Origin: a virus
Lineage: Duplodnaviria > Caudoviricetes
DNA: 64,000 nt
Strand: one strand, 5' to 3'
IMG/VR virus record: IMGVR_UViG_3300020431_000009
Location: 550-64,549 of that record
The position numbers were made by a program, and so were the translations under genes. Positions 62,835 through 64,000 of the stretch are shown here, piece by piece; the first letter of the stretch is position 1, and the number at the start of each line of letters is the position of its first letter. The notes under the pieces are model-generated. The model had not been told where the DNA came from and made no database searches. It worked only from the letters and a program-made list of their open reading frames with translations.

Positions 62835-63911
62835 TCAACCAACAGAAGGAGCAATCAAGGCCACAGGTGTGGACTCAGCTGCTGCAAGATCAAGCGGGAA
62901 GTTGTGCGCGTTGCGCTCGTGCATGACTTCCATGCCGAGACCGGCACGGTTGAGCACGTCTGCCCATGTGTTGAGGACACGTCCTTGTCCGTCGAGGATG
63001 GACTGGTTGAAGTTGAATCCATTGAGGTTAAATGCCATGGTGCTTACGCCCAGTGCTGTGAACCAGATTCCGACTACAGGCCATGCTGCTAAGAAGAAGT
63101 GAAGTGAACGTGAGTTGTTGAATGAAGCGTATTGGAAGATCAAACGACCAAAGTAACCGTGAGCGGCGACAATGTTGTATGTCTCTTCTTCTTGACCAAA
63201 CTTATAACCATAGTTCTGTGACTCAGTTTCAGTCGTCTCACGGACGAGTGAAGATGTAACCAAAGAACCGTGCATGGCGGAGAACAGTGAACCACCGAAG
63301 ACACCAGCGACTCCCAACATGTGGAAGGGGTGCATCAGGATGTTGTGCTCTGCTTGGAAGACAAGCATGTAGTTGAATGTACCACTGATACCCAAAGGCA
63401 TCGCATCAGAGAATGAACCTTGACCGAAAGGATAGACGAGGAATACAGCAGATGCTGCTGCTACTGGAGCAGAGTATGCTACACAGATCCAGGGACGCAT
63501 ACCTAAGCGGTAAGAGAGTTCCCACTCACGTCCCATATAAGCATAGATGCCGATAAGGAAGTGGAAGACTACGAGTTGGAAAGGACCACCGTTATACAGC
63601 CACTCATCAAGAGATGCTGCTTCCCAGATGGGATAGAAGTGAAGACCAATTGCGTTGGAGGATGGGACAACAGCACCAGAGATGATGTTGTTTCCATACA
63701 TGAGTGAACCAGCTACGGGTTCACGGATGCCGTCAATATCGACGGGGGGTGCTGCTACGAAAGCAACGATGAAGCAGATGGTTGCCGCCAACAGAGTTGG
63801 GATCATCAGTACACCAAACCAACCGACATACAGACGATTGTTAGTTGATGTTACCCAATCGCAGAAATCATTCCACGGGGATGTTTGTTGTCTAGAAAGA
63901 GTTGTAGCCAT
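62835..63911 (-). CDS. psbA: photosystem II D1 protein
   Basis: Full-length intron-free D1 ([10 protein letters not shown]...HNFPLDLA). Confidence 0.99.
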   Translation of the reverse strand: MATTLSRQQTSPWNDFCDWVTSTNNRLYVGWFGVLMIPTLLAATICFIVAFVAAPPVDIDGIREPVAGSLMYGNNIISGAVVPSSNAIGLHFYPIWEAASLDEWLYNGGPFQLVVFHFLIGIYAYMGREWELSYRLGMRPWICVAYSAPVAAASAVFLVYPFGQGSFSDAMPLGISGTFNYMLVFQAEHNILMHPFHMLGVAGVFGGSLFSAMHGSLVTSSLVRETTETESQNYGYKFGQEEETYNIVAAHGYFGRLIFQYASFNNSRSLHFFLAAWPVVGIWFTALGVSTMAFNLNGFNFNQSILDGQGRVLNTWADVLNRAGLGMEVMHERNAHNFPLDLAAAESTPVALIAPSVG

Positions 63912-63914
63912 TGT

Positions 63915-64000
63915 AATTGAAAGAAAGTAAGATCATCAGGGAAATGATGGTTTTACTATTTCCTCGCCACCCTAAGGCAAGGATATGAAAGACGTGTTTA
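63915..64000 (-). ncRNA. PhotoRC-II-like structured psbA leader
   Basis: Hairpins CCTTGCC-TTAGGGT-GGCGAGG and CATCA-TTTCCC-TGATG separated by AAATAGTAAAAC; location fits the motif as recalled. Confidence 0.65.

Noticed and set aside
62835-63911. Group I intron or homing endonuclease in or near psbA
   Set aside because: D1 is continuous (358 aa) and only 90 nt separate it from psbD
208-63930. Many plus-strand ORFs in the track antisense to long minus-strand genes (e.g. 1615-2241, 39260-39649, 46971-47732, 47787-48422, 62157-62477)
   Set aside because: They are shadows of codon bias on the coding strand, with no motifs, SD or promoter support
1-64000. Alternative genetic code or stop-codon reassignment
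   Set aside because: Very long ORFs and core genes are intact in the standard code, and no suppressor tRNA is present

Overview
This is a 64-kb segment of a T4-like cyanomyovirus (Kyanoviridae type). The tRNA-Leu(TAA), the probable Ile2 tRNA, cpeT and psbA/psbD suggest a marine Synechococcus host (inference). Almost all real genes are on the minus strand; the exception is a plus-strand block gp4-gp2-gp48-gp53 (50.1-52.9 kb). From right to left in transcription order: psbA (with a PhotoRC-II-like leader), psbD, a glutaredoxin and small ORFs; a glutamine (glnA-type) riboswitch in front of a DUF4278-like gene; thyX, phoH, an exonuclease, gp33 and gp32; a baseplate/tail module (gp54-like, gp26, gp51-like, tape-measure-like, hub, cp12, split gp5); a porin-like gene; purS/purC/purM, cpeT and four tRNAs; a 3981-aa virion protein, tail fibre/collar genes and three 2OG-Fe(II) oxygenases; and a cluster of small early genes with sigma70-like promoters that contains an adenine methyltransferase paired with a putative endonuclease. 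Three observations stand out. (1) The riboswitch aptamer has a complete 54-codon ORF nested inside one of its stems. (2) There is a lambda G/GT-like -1 frameshift signal joining gp26 to the gp51-like frame just upstream of the tape-measure-like gene. (3) The early cluster carries a putative restriction-modification pair. All family assignments come from recognised motifs and gene context; no database searches were run.
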